DNA of 64,000 bases from an uncultured Candidatus Saccharibacteria bacterium (GTDB taxonomy: Bacteria > Patescibacteriota > Minisyncoccia > Minisyncoccales > GBS-2), in NCBI GenBank assembly GCA_964593405.1, contig CAZQIO010000001.1, positions 2,263 through 66,262 of the forward strand, read 5' to 3'. How positions within the stretch are numbered: position 1 is the stretch's first letter; the number at the start of each line of letters is the position of its first letter. Positions 8,596 to 18,741 of this stretch are shown here, one piece after another. A program made the position numbers and the translations under genes. The notes beneath the pieces were generated by a model. That model worked only from the letters and a program-made list of their open reading frames with translations. It was not told where the DNA came from and did not search any database.

Positions 8596-9376
8596 TTAAA
8601 ATTTTAAATTAATGATTGATATTCATTGTCATCTCGAATTTATTGAAAACCCAATTGAGGTCATTGAGACGTCAAAAGGAAAAATGAAGGCAATTTTAAC
8701 TAGTGTTGCCGACCCAAAGAATGCCAGGGCTGTTTTTGATTTGGAGAAAAAATATCCAAATTTTCTTTTTGTCACTTTAGGTTTTCATCCAGAGTACCTT
8801 TTAAATTATCAAGATGATGAGATCGAAAAATACATTGAATTTATCAAAAATTCAAAAGAAAAAATCTGTGCCATTGGCGAAGTTGGGATGGATTTTTCAA
8901 AAGAATGTGAAGAAATTGACAAAATGAGAATGAGAAAAGTTTTTGTGAGGTTTATTAATTTAGCAAAAGAGTTGAATTTACCATTGGTAATTCATGCTAG
9001 GGATGCTTTCAAGGAAGTTTTGGAAATTCTAAAAGAGTTAAAAGCTCAAAGAGTTTGCCTTCATTGTTTTTCTGGATCTGAAGGGATTTTAAAAGAAGCT
9101 TTGAGAATGGGTTATTTTATTTCTTTTGCCACCAACGTTTGCTACACAAAAAAACATCCAAGATTGGCTGAAAAAACTCCAATAGAAAGAATGCTTTTGG
9201 AAACAGACTCTCCTTGGCTTGACCCTGAAAATCCAAAATCACTAACTAACAGACCCTGGAAGATTTTTTATTCAGCAAAAGTAATTTCAGAAATTAAAAA
9301 AATTCCTCCTGAAAAAGTTTTGGAAATTACGACTAAAAACGCGATTGAATTTTTCAATTTAAAATTTTAAATTAAT
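8596..9376 (+). repeat. 18-bp direct repeat flanking tatD
   Basis: ttaaaattttaaattaat identical at 8596-8613 and 9359-9376. Confidence 0.55.
8612..9370 (+). CDS. tatD: TatD family DNase
   Basis: IDIHCHL, GFHP, IGEVGMD, IHARDA, LHCFSG, LETDSP. Confidence 0.92.
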   Translation: MIDIHCHLEFIENPIEVIETSKGKMKAILTSVADPKNARAVFDLEKKYPNFLFVTLGFHPEYLLNYQDDEIEKYIEFIKNSKEKICAIGEVGMDFSKECEEIDKMRMRKVFVRFINLAKELNLPLVIHARDAFKEVLEILKELKAQRVCLHCFSGSEGILKEALRMGYFISFATNVCYTKKHPRLAEKTPIERMLLETDSPWLDPENPKSLTNRPWKIFYSAKVISEIKKIPPEKVLEITTKNAIEFFNLKF

Positions 9377-9379
9377 TCT

Positions 9380-11854
9380 ATGAGCTACAGCCATTTAAAA
9401 ATTGAGAAAAAGTGGCAAAAAATCTGGAAAGAGAAAGAAATTTATAAAGCAAAAGATTTTTCAAAAAAGAAAAAATTTTACTGCCTTGATATGTTTCCCT
9501 ATCCTTCCGGAGCTGGCCTTCACGTTGGCCATTTAAGAGGATACATTGCAACGGATGTTATAGTCAGAATGAAAATGATGCAAGGTTTTAATTGTTTACA
9601 TCCAATGGGTTGGGATGCTTTTGGCCTTCCTGCTGAAAACTATGCCATAGCCCACAAAATCCATCCTGAAATTGCAGTAAGGCAAAATATTAAAAATTTC
9701 AAAAAGCAACTTGAAAAAGTGGGCTTTAGTTACGATTGGTCAAGAGAAATTAACACCACAGATCCAAATTACTACAAATGGACACAATGGATATTTTTGC
9801 AACTTTTCAAAAAAGGATTAGTTTATGAATCTTTTGAGCCGATAAACTGGTGTCCTTCTTGCAAAACAGGTTTGGCAAACGAAGATTTAGAACAAGGAAA
9901 ATGCGAAAGATGCGGGTCTAAAGTGGAGAAAAAATCACTAAGACAATGGATAATTAAAATCACAAAATATGCTGAGAGACTTTTGAGAGATCTTAAATAC
10001 TTAGAAAAAGGCTGGCCAGAGCACATAATAAAAATGCAAAAAGATTGGATTGGGAAATCAGAAGGGGTTGAGTTTGAAATGAAAATTTTTGCAGAAGGTG
10101 TGGATACTGGGAAAAGGTTGAAGATTTTTACCACTAGAATCGATACTGTCTTTGGAATGACCTATTGCGTTTTAGCTCCAGAAAATAAACTTTTAGATGA
10201 ATTAAAAGAAAAAATTAAAAATTGGAAAGAGGTTGAAAAATACAAAAGAGAAGTTGAAGCAAAATTGGCAGAAGAGAGAGAAAAGGAAAAAACTGGAATA
10301 AGGTTAGAAGGAATTTTGGCTGAAAATCCTTTCAACGAAGAAAAAATTCCAATTTTTGTTTCAGAGTACGTTTTGGCAGATTACGCCACTGGAGCGATAA
10401 TGGCTGTTCCAGCTCATGACAAAAGAGATTTTGACTTTGCAAAAAAGTTTGATTTGCCAATCAGAAAAGTAATTGAAGGGGGACAAAAAGAAGGAGAATG
10501 CTTTGAGGGAGAAGGAATTTTAGTAAATTCTGGCCAATTTTCAGGATTGAAATCTTCTGAGGCAAAAGAAAAAATGGCTCAATGGCTAAAAGAGAGAAAA
10601 ATTGGAAAAAAGGCTATCTATTACAAAATCAGAGATTGGGTTTTTGCTAGACAAAGATACTGGGGAGAACCTTTTCCTTTGGTTTTTTGTGAAGAGTGCA
10701 AAAGAAAAATTTTAGAAAAAAAATACAAAAAAGGAGAATTCAACAAAGGAGAACTATTAAATCCAGGATGGATTTGTGTAACAGAGGAGAATTTGCCAGT
10801 TTTACTTCCAAAAGTTAAATATTATGAACCCACAGGCACAGGAGAGTCTCCTTTGGCAAAAATTGAAAAGTGGGTAAAGACAAAGTGTCCAAAATGTGGC
10901 TCTCCTGCAAAAAGGGAAATAAACACAATGCCCCAGTGGGCGGGTTCTTGCTGGTATTATTTAAGATACATTGATCCAAAAAACCAAAAAGAATTTTGTT
11001 CTCCAAAAAAAGAAAGGTATTGGATGCCTGTTGACCTTTATGTTGGCGGTGCAGAACACGCAACAAGACATTTAATCTATGCCAGGTTTTGGCACAAATT
11101 TTTGTACGACATCAAAAAAGTTTCGACAAGAGAGCCATTTTTGAGATTGAGATCAGTAGGAATCATTTTGGGACCTGATGGAAGGAAAATGTCAAAAAGA
11201 TACGGAAACGTTATTAACCCTGATGATGTTTGTAAAAAATACGGAGCGGATTCTTTAAGAGTTTATGAAATGTTCATGGGTCCTTTTGATCAAATGATTG
11301 CTTGGCAAGAAAAAGGAATCGTTGGGGCAAGGAGGTTTTTGGAGAGAGTATGGAAACTAACTTTAAAGGTTAAAAATTTAAAATCAAAAAACAAAAAACT
11401 GATTAAAATTTTGCACCAAACGATAAAAAAGGTAACAGAAGATATTGAAAACTTCAAATTTAATACGGCAGTCTCTCAGTTAATGATTTTTGCAAACGAA
11501 ATGGAAAAAGAAGAAAAAATCGAAAAAGAAATTTTTGAAAATTTCATTAAGCTTTTGGCCCCATTTGCCCCGCACATTTCAGAAGAAATTTGGCAAAGAT
11601 TAGGAAAAAAGAAATCGATTTTTTTGAGTTCTTGGCCAAAGTACAATCCAAAATTGGCAAAAGAAGAAAAAATCACTTTGATCGTCCAAATTAATGGAAA
11701 AGTAAGAGACAAAATCGAGGTTGAGGCTTCAATTTCAGAAAAAGAGGCCAAAAATTTAGCTCTTTCTCGAGAAAAAGTAAAAAAGTGGATCGGAGGAAAA
11801 GAAATTAAAAAAGTTGTTTTTGTACCAAAAAAATTGATAAACTTTGTGATTTAA
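9380..11854 (+). CDS. leuS: leucine--tRNA ligase
   Basis: MFPYPSGAGLHVGH, KMSKR. Confidence 0.97.
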   Translation: MSYSHLKIEKKWQKIWKEKEIYKAKDFSKKKKFYCLDMFPYPSGAGLHVGHLRGYIATDVIVRMKMMQGFNCLHPMGWDAFGLPAENYAIAHKIHPEIAVRQNIKNFKKQLEKVGFSYDWSREINTTDPNYYKWTQWIFLQLFKKGLVYESFEPINWCPSCKTGLANEDLEQGKCERCGSKVEKKSLRQWIIKITKYAERLLRDLKYLEKGWPEHIIKMQKDWIGKSEGVEFEMKIFAEGVDTGKRLKIFTTRIDTVFGMTYCVLAPENKLLDELKEKIKNWKEVEKYKREVEAKLAEEREKEKTGIRLEGILAENPFNEEKIPIFVSEYVLADYATGAIMAVPAHDKRDFDFAKKFDLPIRKVIEGGQKEGECFEGEGILVNSGQFSGLKSSEAKEKMAQWLKERKIGKKAIYYKIRDWVFARQRYWGEPFPLVFCEECKRKILEKKYKKGEFNKGELLNPGWICVTEENLPVLLPKVKYYEPTGTGESPLAKIEKWVKTKCPKCGSPAKREINTMPQWAGSCWYYLRYIDPKNQKEFCSPKKERYWMPVDLYVGGAEHATRHLIYARFWHKFLYDIKKVSTREPFLRLRSVGIILGPDGRKMSKRYGNVINPDDVCKKYGADSLRVYEMFMGPFDQMIAWQEKGIVGARRFLERVWKLTLKVKNLKSKNKKLIKILHQTIKKVTEDIENFKFNTAVSQLMIFANEMEKEEKIEKEIFENFIKLLAPFAPHISEEIWQRLGKKKSIFLSSWPKYNPKLAKEEKITLIVQINGKVRDKIEVEASISEKEAKNLALSREKVKKWIGGKEIKKVVFVPKKLINFVI

Positions 11855-11856
11855 AA

Positions 11857-13671
11857 ATGTGTGGCATCGTTGGATACATTGGAGAAAAATCTGCTTTTCC
11901 AATTTTACTCACAGGTTTGAAAAGACTAGAATACCGAGGTTATGACTCTTTTGGTTTTGCAGTTTTGGGGAAAGATGTTTTTTTGTTTAAAAAGCCGGGA
12001 AAAATTTCAGATTTTGAACCAGAATTTTCTTATCCTGATGGGAAAGTAGGCATTGCTCACACAAGATGGGCAACCCACGGAGAGGTCACAGAAGCTAACG
12101 CCCACCCTCATTTTGATTGCAAAAAAGAAATTTTTTTGGTTCACAACGGAATAATTGAAAACTATAGAGAATTGAAAGAAAGATTGATCAAAGAAGGGCA
12201 CAAATTCTCAAGCGAAACCGACACTGAAGTTTTGTGCCATTTAATTGAAAAATATTTCAAAAAAAATTTGGAAGAGGCCGTTCAAAAAGCACTCTCTGAA
12301 GTTAGAGGAACTTATGGAATTGCAGTAATTTCGAAAAAAGATCCAGAAAAAATTGTTTGTGCCAGATTATCTTCTCCTCTTTTGATCGGAATTGGAAATG
12401 GAGAATACATTTTGGCTTCTGACCCAACTGCCATTTTGGCTTTCACAAAAAAAGTAGTTTCTCTGGATGATTTTGAAATTGGGGTAATAAAAAAAGATGG
12501 TTTTTCAATAATTAAGGGAAATAGCCTCCAAACAAAGAAAATATGGGAGATTGAATGGAGTTTGGAAGAGGCTCAAAAAGGAGGCTATCCCCATTTCATG
12601 CTCAAGGAAATAATGGAAGAACCTGAGGCAATAGAAAATGCAATCTTGGGAAGGTTGGTTGAAAAAGAGGGAACGGTAAAATTAGGGGGACTAGAGCAGG
12701 TTTCAGAGAAATTAAAAAAAATTGAGAGGATTTTTTTGATTGCCTGCGGAACTTCTTTCCATGCAGCAAAAATTGGAAAATTGATGCTTGAAGAGTATGC
12801 CCAAATACCGACAGAAGCAGAAATTGCCTCTGAGTTTCGCTACAGACAAGTTTCCATCAATGAAAAAGATTGCGCAATTTTCATTTCTCAATCCGGAGAG
12901 ACTGCCGACACCCTAGCCTGTCTGAGGGAAATGAAAAGAAAGGGAATTTTGTGCCTTGGGATTACAAACGTCGTTGGTTCTTCCCAGGCAAGAGAAACTG
13001 ATGCTGGAGTTTACACAAGATCGGGTCCTGAAATTTCGGTAGCTTCGACAAAAGCATTCTTGGGGCAACTTTCTGTTTTAGCGCTAATTACTGTTTTTTT
13101 GGGAAGACAAAGAAAAATGAGCTATGTTATGGGAAAGAGAATAGTTGAGGAATTAAAAAAACTTCCAGCTTTGGCAAAAAAAGTTTTAAATTTGGCTCCA
13201 GAAATTGAAAATTTGGCAAAAAAATACAAAAGTTTTAAAAACTTTTTTTTCGTTGGCAGAAAATACAATTTCCCAGTGGCTCTAGAAGGGGCTCTAAAGT
13301 TAAAAGAGATCTCTTATTTGCACGCAGAAGGAATAGCTGGAGGAGAACTAAAACACGGGCCTCTAGCCTTAATCGATGAAAATACTCCAACCATCGCTAT
13401 TTGCCCTTCAGATTCAGTCTACGAAAAAATGCTCTCTAACATTCAAGAAATTAAAGCAAGAAAAGGAAAGATAGTTGCCATTGCTACTGAAGGAAACGAA
13501 GAAATAAAAAAAATAGCTGACGATGTAGTGTTTATTCCAAAAACTTTAGAAATGCTCACTCCCTTTCTTTCTGTCATTCCTCTCCATCTTTTTGCCTATT
13601 ATGTGGCAGTACTTTTGGGGAAAAATCCAGACTATCCAAGGTCCCTTGCAAAAAGCGTTACTGTAGAATAA
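11857..13671 (+). CDS. glmS: glutamine--fructose-6-phosphate aminotransferase
   Basis: MCGIVG, HTRWATHG, SQSGETADT, LAKSVTVE. Confidence 0.98.
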   Translation: MCGIVGYIGEKSAFPILLTGLKRLEYRGYDSFGFAVLGKDVFLFKKPGKISDFEPEFSYPDGKVGIAHTRWATHGEVTEANAHPHFDCKKEIFLVHNGIIENYRELKERLIKEGHKFSSETDTEVLCHLIEKYFKKNLEEAVQKALSEVRGTYGIAVISKKDPEKIVCARLSSPLLIGIGNGEYILASDPTAILAFTKKVVSLDDFEIGVIKKDGFSIIKGNSLQTKKIWEIEWSLEEAQKGGYPHFMLKEIMEEPEAIENAILGRLVEKEGTVKLGGLEQVSEKLKKIERIFLIACGTSFHAAKIGKLMLEEYAQIPTEAEIASEFRYRQVSINEKDCAIFISQSGETADTLACLREMKRKGILCLGITNVVGSSQARETDAGVYTRSGPEISVASTKAFLGQLSVLALITVFLGRQRKMSYVMGKRIVEELKKLPALAKKVLNLAPEIENLAKKYKSFKNFFFVGRKYNFPVALEGALKLKEISYLHAEGIAGGELKHGPLALIDENTPTIAICPSDSVYEKMLSNIQEIKARKGKIVAIATEGNEEIKKIADDVVFIPKTLEMLTPFLSVIPLHLFAYYVAVLLGKNPDYPRSLAKSVTVE

Positions 13672-13681
13672 AATTTGAGAA

Positions 13682-15391
13682 ATGGAAAAGATTTTATCTC
13701 AAAAAATTGGAGAAAAAGTAATTTTTTTGGCAAACGAAGCACTCTGTCGAGGAGCCCTTGAAGCTGGGGTTGATTTTGTCTCTACTTATCCTGGCACTCC
13801 AGCTTCTGAAATTGGAAACACTTTTTGGAAAATTAAAGAGGAAGTCAAAAAAATAAATCCAAATTTTCATTTCGAATTTTCGACAAACGAAAAAGTTGCA
13901 ACAGAAGCTGCTGCCGGAGCTGCCCTTTGTGGCGCAAAATCTTTAGTTGCTTTTAAGCATTTTGGATTAAACGTTGCCTCAGACTTTATTTTGACTTTAA
14001 TGCACACTCCTTTGAAAGGGGCAATGGTAATTTTTGTCGCCGACGATCCTTCCTGTTGGAGTTCTGCTCAATCTGAACAAAACACAAGATACTTTGCTAA
14101 AATGGCCCACATTCCTGTTTTGGAACCTTCAACCCCCCAAGAATTCAAGGATTTTGCAAAAATTGCTTTTTTAATTTCTGAAAAATACAAAATCCCAGTA
14201 ATGATTAGGAGCACAACCAGAGCCTCCCATCAATCTGGAATTGTTAAACTGGGAAAATTAGAGGCAAAAACTTTAGAGCAAAAAGTAAAATTTGAAAAAG
14301 ACCCAAGTCAATTTTCGACAATGCCACCAAGAATTTTGGAAATGAAAAAAGAGTTGTTAGAGAAAGTAGAAAAAATTGGAAAAAGAGAGGGCCAAAAAAT
14401 TTGCAAAATTTACAGGGGTCAGACCCCTGCAAAATTTGGCATAATTACTTCGGGAGTTTCTTTTCTTTATGTTCAGGAAGCTCTCTCTAGACTCAATTTG
14501 AAATTGCCGATTTTAAAATTGGGAATGATTTACCCTTTGCCAAAAGAAAAAATTTCAAAATTTATCAAAAATTTAAAATCTGTTTTGATAGTCGAAGAAT
14601 TGGAACCTTATTTAGAAGAAGAAATTGAAATTTTGGCAAGAAAAGAAAATCCAAAATTAAAAATTTGTGGAAAAAAAGAAGGGCCGATTGAAGGAGGGAG
14701 AATTTGGAAAGAAAGAAAGGCAATTTTACCTCAAGTTGGAGAACTAAAACCAGAGTATGTAGAAATTGCAATTTCAAAAGTTATTGGAAAAAAACCTTCT
14801 TTTGATTATTCAAAACACCTCAAAAAATTCGAAAAAATTCAAGTTCCGCCAAGGCCTCCGATTTTGTGTCCGGGGTGCCCTTATTGGTGGGTGGTTAATG
14901 CGATTAAAAAATCTGTTGACAAAAAAAGCATAATTTTTGGTGGAGAAATTGGTTGCTACATGCTCTTTTCTCACGAGGCAATTTCCCTGCAAGATTATCT
15001 TTATTGCATGGGATCTTCTGCAGGTGTTGCTCATGGAATCTCAAAGGCGACAAACCAAAAAGTAATTTGCTTTATTGGAGATTCTTCTTTTTTCCACGCT
15101 TCGATTCCTGCTCTAATAAACACAGTTTTTAACAAATCAAATCCTTTGATTATCATTTTAGAAAACCAAACAACAGCAATGACCGGTCACCAGCCCCATC
15201 CGGGAAATGTTGGAATAAAAATCGAAGAAATAGTTTCTGCCTGCGGGGTTAAAAACTTGAAAGTAATAGATCAGGTCGAAAATCAAAAAGAATTTGAAGA
15301 GACAATAAAGGAATTTTTGCAAAAAAATGAAGTTTCAGTAATCATTGCCAGACACACTTGTAAACTTTTAGAAAAAAAGAAAAAACAATGA
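13682..15391 (+). CDS. iorA: indolepyruvate:ferredoxin oxidoreductase alpha subunit (no C-terminal ferredoxin domain)
   Basis: YPGTPASE, NEKVA, GLNVASD, SAQSEQN, LCPGCP, IGDSSF, TAMTGHQPHP. Confidence 0.88.
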   Translation: MEKILSQKIGEKVIFLANEALCRGALEAGVDFVSTYPGTPASEIGNTFWKIKEEVKKINPNFHFEFSTNEKVATEAAAGAALCGAKSLVAFKHFGLNVASDFILTLMHTPLKGAMVIFVADDPSCWSSAQSEQNTRYFAKMAHIPVLEPSTPQEFKDFAKIAFLISEKYKIPVMIRSTTRASHQSGIVKLGKLEAKTLEQKVKFEKDPSQFSTMPPRILEMKKELLEKVEKIGKREGQKICKIYRGQTPAKFGIITSGVSFLYVQEALSRLNLKLPILKLGMIYPLPKEKISKFIKNLKSVLIVEELEPYLEEEIEILARKENPKLKICGKKEGPIEGGRIWKERKAILPQVGELKPEYVEIAISKVIGKKPSFDYSKHLKKFEKIQVPPRPPILCPGCPYWWVVNAIKKSVDKKSIIFGGEIGCYMLFSHEAISLQDYLYCMGSSAGVAHGISKATNQKVICFIGDSSFFHASIPALINTVFNKSNPLIIILENQTTAMTGHQPHPGNVGIKIEEIVSACGVKNLKVIDQVENQKEFEETIKEFLQKNEVSVIIARHTCKLLEKKKKQ

Positions 15392-15963
15392 AAAAAGAAA
15401 ATTTCAACATTGTCATTGTTGGTGTTGGAGGCCAGGGGCAACTGACTCTTTTGCAACTTTTGGCAGCGGCAGCTTTGGCCGAGAAAAAGAATGTCAAAAC
15501 CTCAGAATTGCATGGGTTATCCCAGAGAGGAGGATCTGTCGAGGTTCACATTAGATTTGGCAATGTTTTTTCACCTTTGGTTTCTCAAGGTCAGGCTGAT
15601 TTAATTTTGGCTTTAGAACTCCAAGAGGCATTGAGAGCGCTTTATTATTGCTCTTCAGAGACCAAAATTTTATTAAACGATTTAATTTTGCCAATTCCAG
15701 GGAAAGAACCTTTAAAAAGAGAAGAAATTTTAAATCAAATTAGAAAATTCACAAAAAATTTTGAAATTGTCAAAGCATCGGAAATTTGTAAAGAAAAATT
15801 GGGAAATGAAATTTTGGCTGGAGTTTTTTTACTCAGTTTTTCTATCCACAAAAAAATAATTCCGCTAAAACCCCAATCCCTTTTGATGGCCATCAAAAAA
15901 ATAATCTCCGAGAAATATTTGGAAACAAACCTTAAAGTTTTTGAACTATCAAAAGAATTTTAA
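15388..15963 (+). CDS. iorB: indolepyruvate:ferredoxin oxidoreductase beta subunit
   Basis: GVGGQG, SELHGLSQRGGSV. Confidence 0.88.
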   Translation: MKKENFNIVIVGVGGQGQLTLLQLLAAAALAEKKNVKTSELHGLSQRGGSVEVHIRFGNVFSPLVSQGQADLILALELQEALRALYYCSSETKILLNDLILPIPGKEPLKREEILNQIRKFTKNFEIVKASEICKEKLGNEILAGVFLLSFSIHKKIIPLKPQSLLMAIKKIISEKYLETNLKVFELSKEF

Positions 15964-17219
15964 ATTCTCTCAATTTTTGCCCCCAATTTTCTCAATTTTT
16001 GATCAAAATTTTCATAACCTCGGTCGATTTGCTCTACTCCTTCAACAATAGATTGTCCCTTTGCGCAAAGGGCTGCCAAAACCAGGGCCGCTCCCGACCT
16101 AATATCTGTCGAATTTAATTTTGTCCCAATCAACTTTTTCTTTCCAAAAATTAAAGCCCTGTGGGGATCGGTAATTTCAATGTCAGCACCCATTTTTCTT
16201 AATTCGTGCAAATGTTGAAACCTGTTTTCGTAAAGGGGCTCATGGATCAAAGATTTCCCTTCAGCTTGAGTGAGTAAAGTTGCGGTTTGAGGTTGCAAAT
16301 CGGTTGGAAAGCCAGGATAGGGCAGAACTTGAACCTTGGTTCCTCTCAAATTTTTCGATTTTTTAACCAAAATTTCATCTTTTTTAACTTTAAAGTTTAC
16401 CCCAATTTCCTCCATTTTTTTCAAAAAGGCAGTTAAATGTTCCGGATTAACTTTCTTTATTTTTCCTTCTCCTCCAGTGATGGCAAAAGCAATGAAAAAA
16501 GTAGCAGCCTCGTTGAGGTCTGGGCAGATTTTAAATTCAATCCCTTTTAATTTTTCCCTTCCCTCAATTTCTATTGTGTGAGTTCCAATTCCAGAAATTT
16601 TCACCCCCATTTTCTCTAAAAATTTCCCAAGATCTTGAACTTGAGGTTCAGCAGCTGCCAATTCAATTTTTGTTTTTCCTTTTGCTAAACTAGCTAACAT
16701 CATCGTATTTTCAGTCGCAGTTACCGAAAATTCTTTCAAAACAATTTTTTTGCCTTCAATCTTTTTTGGTGCCTCAAAAAAATAAAAGCCTCCTTTTTCA
16801 AAAATTTTTATTCCAAAATCCTCAAAAGCCTCCAAATGGGTAGTGATAGGCCTCAGACCAATTTTGTCACCCCCTGGATGAGGAACTTTTATTTTTTTAA
16901 ACCTTGTCAAAAGAGGTCCAATGAGTAAAACAGAGATTCTCATTTTTTCAAAAAGGTCAACCGGAATTTTCTCCGGATCAATATCCTTTGTTTCAATCTT
17001 TATTTTTTTCTTTCCAACCCATTCAATTTTTGCTCCGATCGATTTTAATATCTCAATTTGATTTAAAACATCACTGCAAAGGGGTAGATTATCAATCACT
17101 GATTCTTCCTCTGTCAAAAGACAAGCTGCCAAAATTGCTCCGGCTGAATTTTTATATCCAGAAATTTCAACCTCTCCAAAAAGAGGAGTTCCTCCTTTGA
17201 CTAAGAATTTTGCTGGCAT
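15960..17219 (-). CDS. murA: UDP-N-acetylglucosamine 1-carboxyvinyltransferase
   Basis: SGYKNS, PGGDKIGLRP, SVTATEN, YPGFPTDLQ, IDRGYE. Confidence 0.95.
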   Translation of the reverse strand: MPAKFLVKGGTPLFGEVEISGYKNSAGAILAACLLTEEESVIDNLPLCSDVLNQIEILKSIGAKIEWVGKKKIKIETKDIDPEKIPVDLFEKMRISVLLIGPLLTRFKKIKVPHPGGDKIGLRPITTHLEAFEDFGIKIFEKGGFYFFEAPKKIEGKKIVLKEFSVTATENTMMLASLAKGKTKIELAAAEPQVQDLGKFLEKMGVKISGIGTHTIEIEGREKLKGIEFKICPDLNEAATFFIAFAITGGEGKIKKVNPEHLTAFLKKMEEIGVNFKVKKDEILVKKSKNLRGTKVQVLPYPGFPTDLQPQTATLLTQAEGKSLIHEPLYENRFQHLHELRKMGADIEITDPHRALIFGKKKLIGTKLNSTDIRSGAALVLAALCAKGQSIVEGVEQIDRGYENFDQKLRKLGAKIERI

Positions 17220-17274
17220 ATTTCTTTTTAATTCAAATTTTAACTTTTTTCAAACTCTGATAAAATAAAAATGG

Positions 17275-17358
17275 GCCGAGGTGGCGGAATTGGGAGACGC
17301 GCAGGGCTTAGGACCCTGTGGGAGAAATCCCGTGTGGGTTCAAATCCCACCCTCGGCA
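17275..17358 (+). tRNA. tRNA-Leu(TAG)
   Basis: GCCGAGG/CCTCGGC acceptor, caggg-ctTAGga-ccctg, long variable arm, GGTTCAAATCC. Confidence 0.95.
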
Positions 17359-17379
17359 AAAAATTAGTGATTTAGCAAT

Positions 17380-18741
17380 ATGGAAATAAATCCTCTTATA
17401 TTTAGGGCATACGATGTTAGAGGAATTTATGGGGAGGATTTAACGGAGGATGTTTTCCAAAAAATTGGTTTTGTTTTGGGAAAGAAAAAAGAGAAATTTT
17501 TAGTCGGCCAAGACATTAGAAAATCTGGTAAAAGATTAGCAATGGCCTTAATTTCAGGTTTGAACTCTGCTGGCGCAAGGAAAGTTTTTTTCTGTGGCAA
17601 ATCCTCTTTTGGGCTTTGTTTTTTTTCAGGTTCAAGCTTGAAAGTTGACAAAACTCTTTATGTTAGCGCTTCTCATTTACCACCAGAATGGAATGGTTTA
17701 AAAATCAATTTTGGGAACGGACTGCCAATTTCTTCTAAAGAAATTGAAAAAATCAGGAATGAGGTTTTAAAAATCGAAAAGAAAAAAATTAATTTTAAAA
17801 AGCCAAAATTTGAAAAAGTAAACCTAAAAAAAGATTATATCAAAACTCTAATTGAAAAATTTCCTTTACTCAAAAATTGTGGTTTAAAAATTGTCTTAGA
17901 TTGTGGCAATGGTTCTACTTCTTTGGTCGCTCCTCAAATTTTTAAAAAATTTGGTTTCAATGTCGTAGAGCTTTTTTGCGATCCTGATCCCAATTTTCCC
18001 AACCGCCCATCAGAGCCGACTTTTGAGGCAACCGAAAAATTAAGAAAAATGGTTTTAAAAGAAAAAGCAGATTTTGGAGTGGCCTTTGATGGAGACGGAG
18101 ATAGAGGAGTGATAATCGATGATAAAGGGAGGTATTTAAGAGGGGAGCAAGTTGGAATTTTGTTGGCAAAAGAGATGTTAAAAGAAAAGCAAAGAAAAAA
18201 GATAGTTAAAACAGTCGCCTGTTCGATGGCCATTGAAGAAGAACTAAGGCCGTTGGGCGCAAAGATAATTGAGGTTCCAGTAGGCCACACTTTTGTAGTT
18301 TCTAGAGCAAATAAAGAAGGGGCCTTAATCGGAATTGAAGAATCAAGTCACATTGTCATGCCAGACTATTTTGTTTTTGATGATGCAATCTTAATCCCTT
18401 TGAAAGTTGCTGAGATTTTAATCAAAAGTAGAAAAAAACTTTCAAAACTTGTTGATGAAATTAAAAATTATCCTTTCAAAGAAATTACTTTTGAATGCCC
18501 AGATGAAAAAAAATTTAAAGTAGTCGAAAAATTGAGTTTCGATTTTAAAAGAAAATACAAAGAGGTTAATACTTTAGATGGAGTTAAAATTAGCCTTGAC
18601 TTTGGTTGGGTTTTAATTCGGGCCTCAAACACTTCTCCAAAAATTCGACTTTACGTTGAGGCAAAAAATGAAAAAAAATTTGAAAACTTGAGAGAAAAAT
18701 TTTCAAAAATTCTAAAACAATGTATCAAACAGTCATTTTAG
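17380..18741 (+). CDS. phosphomannomutase/phosphoglucomutase (alpha-D-phosphohexomutase)
   Basis: FRAYDVRG, SASHLPP, FDGDGDR, RASNTSPK. Confidence 0.93.
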   Translation: MEINPLIFRAYDVRGIYGEDLTEDVFQKIGFVLGKKKEKFLVGQDIRKSGKRLAMALISGLNSAGARKVFFCGKSSFGLCFFSGSSLKVDKTLYVSASHLPPEWNGLKINFGNGLPISSKEIEKIRNEVLKIEKKKINFKKPKFEKVNLKKDYIKTLIEKFPLLKNCGLKIVLDCGNGSTSLVAPQIFKKFGFNVVELFCDPDPNFPNRPSEPTFEATEKLRKMVLKEKADFGVAFDGDGDRGVIIDDKGRYLRGEQVGILLAKEMLKEKQRKKIVKTVACSMAIEEELRPLGAKIIEVPVGHTFVVSRANKEGALIGIEESSHIVMPDYFVFDDAILIPLKVAEILIKSRKKLSKLVDEIKNYPFKEITFECPDEKKFKVVEKLSFDFKRKYKEVNTLDGVKISLDFGWVLIRASNTSPKIRLYVEAKNEKKFENLREKFSKILKQCIKQSF

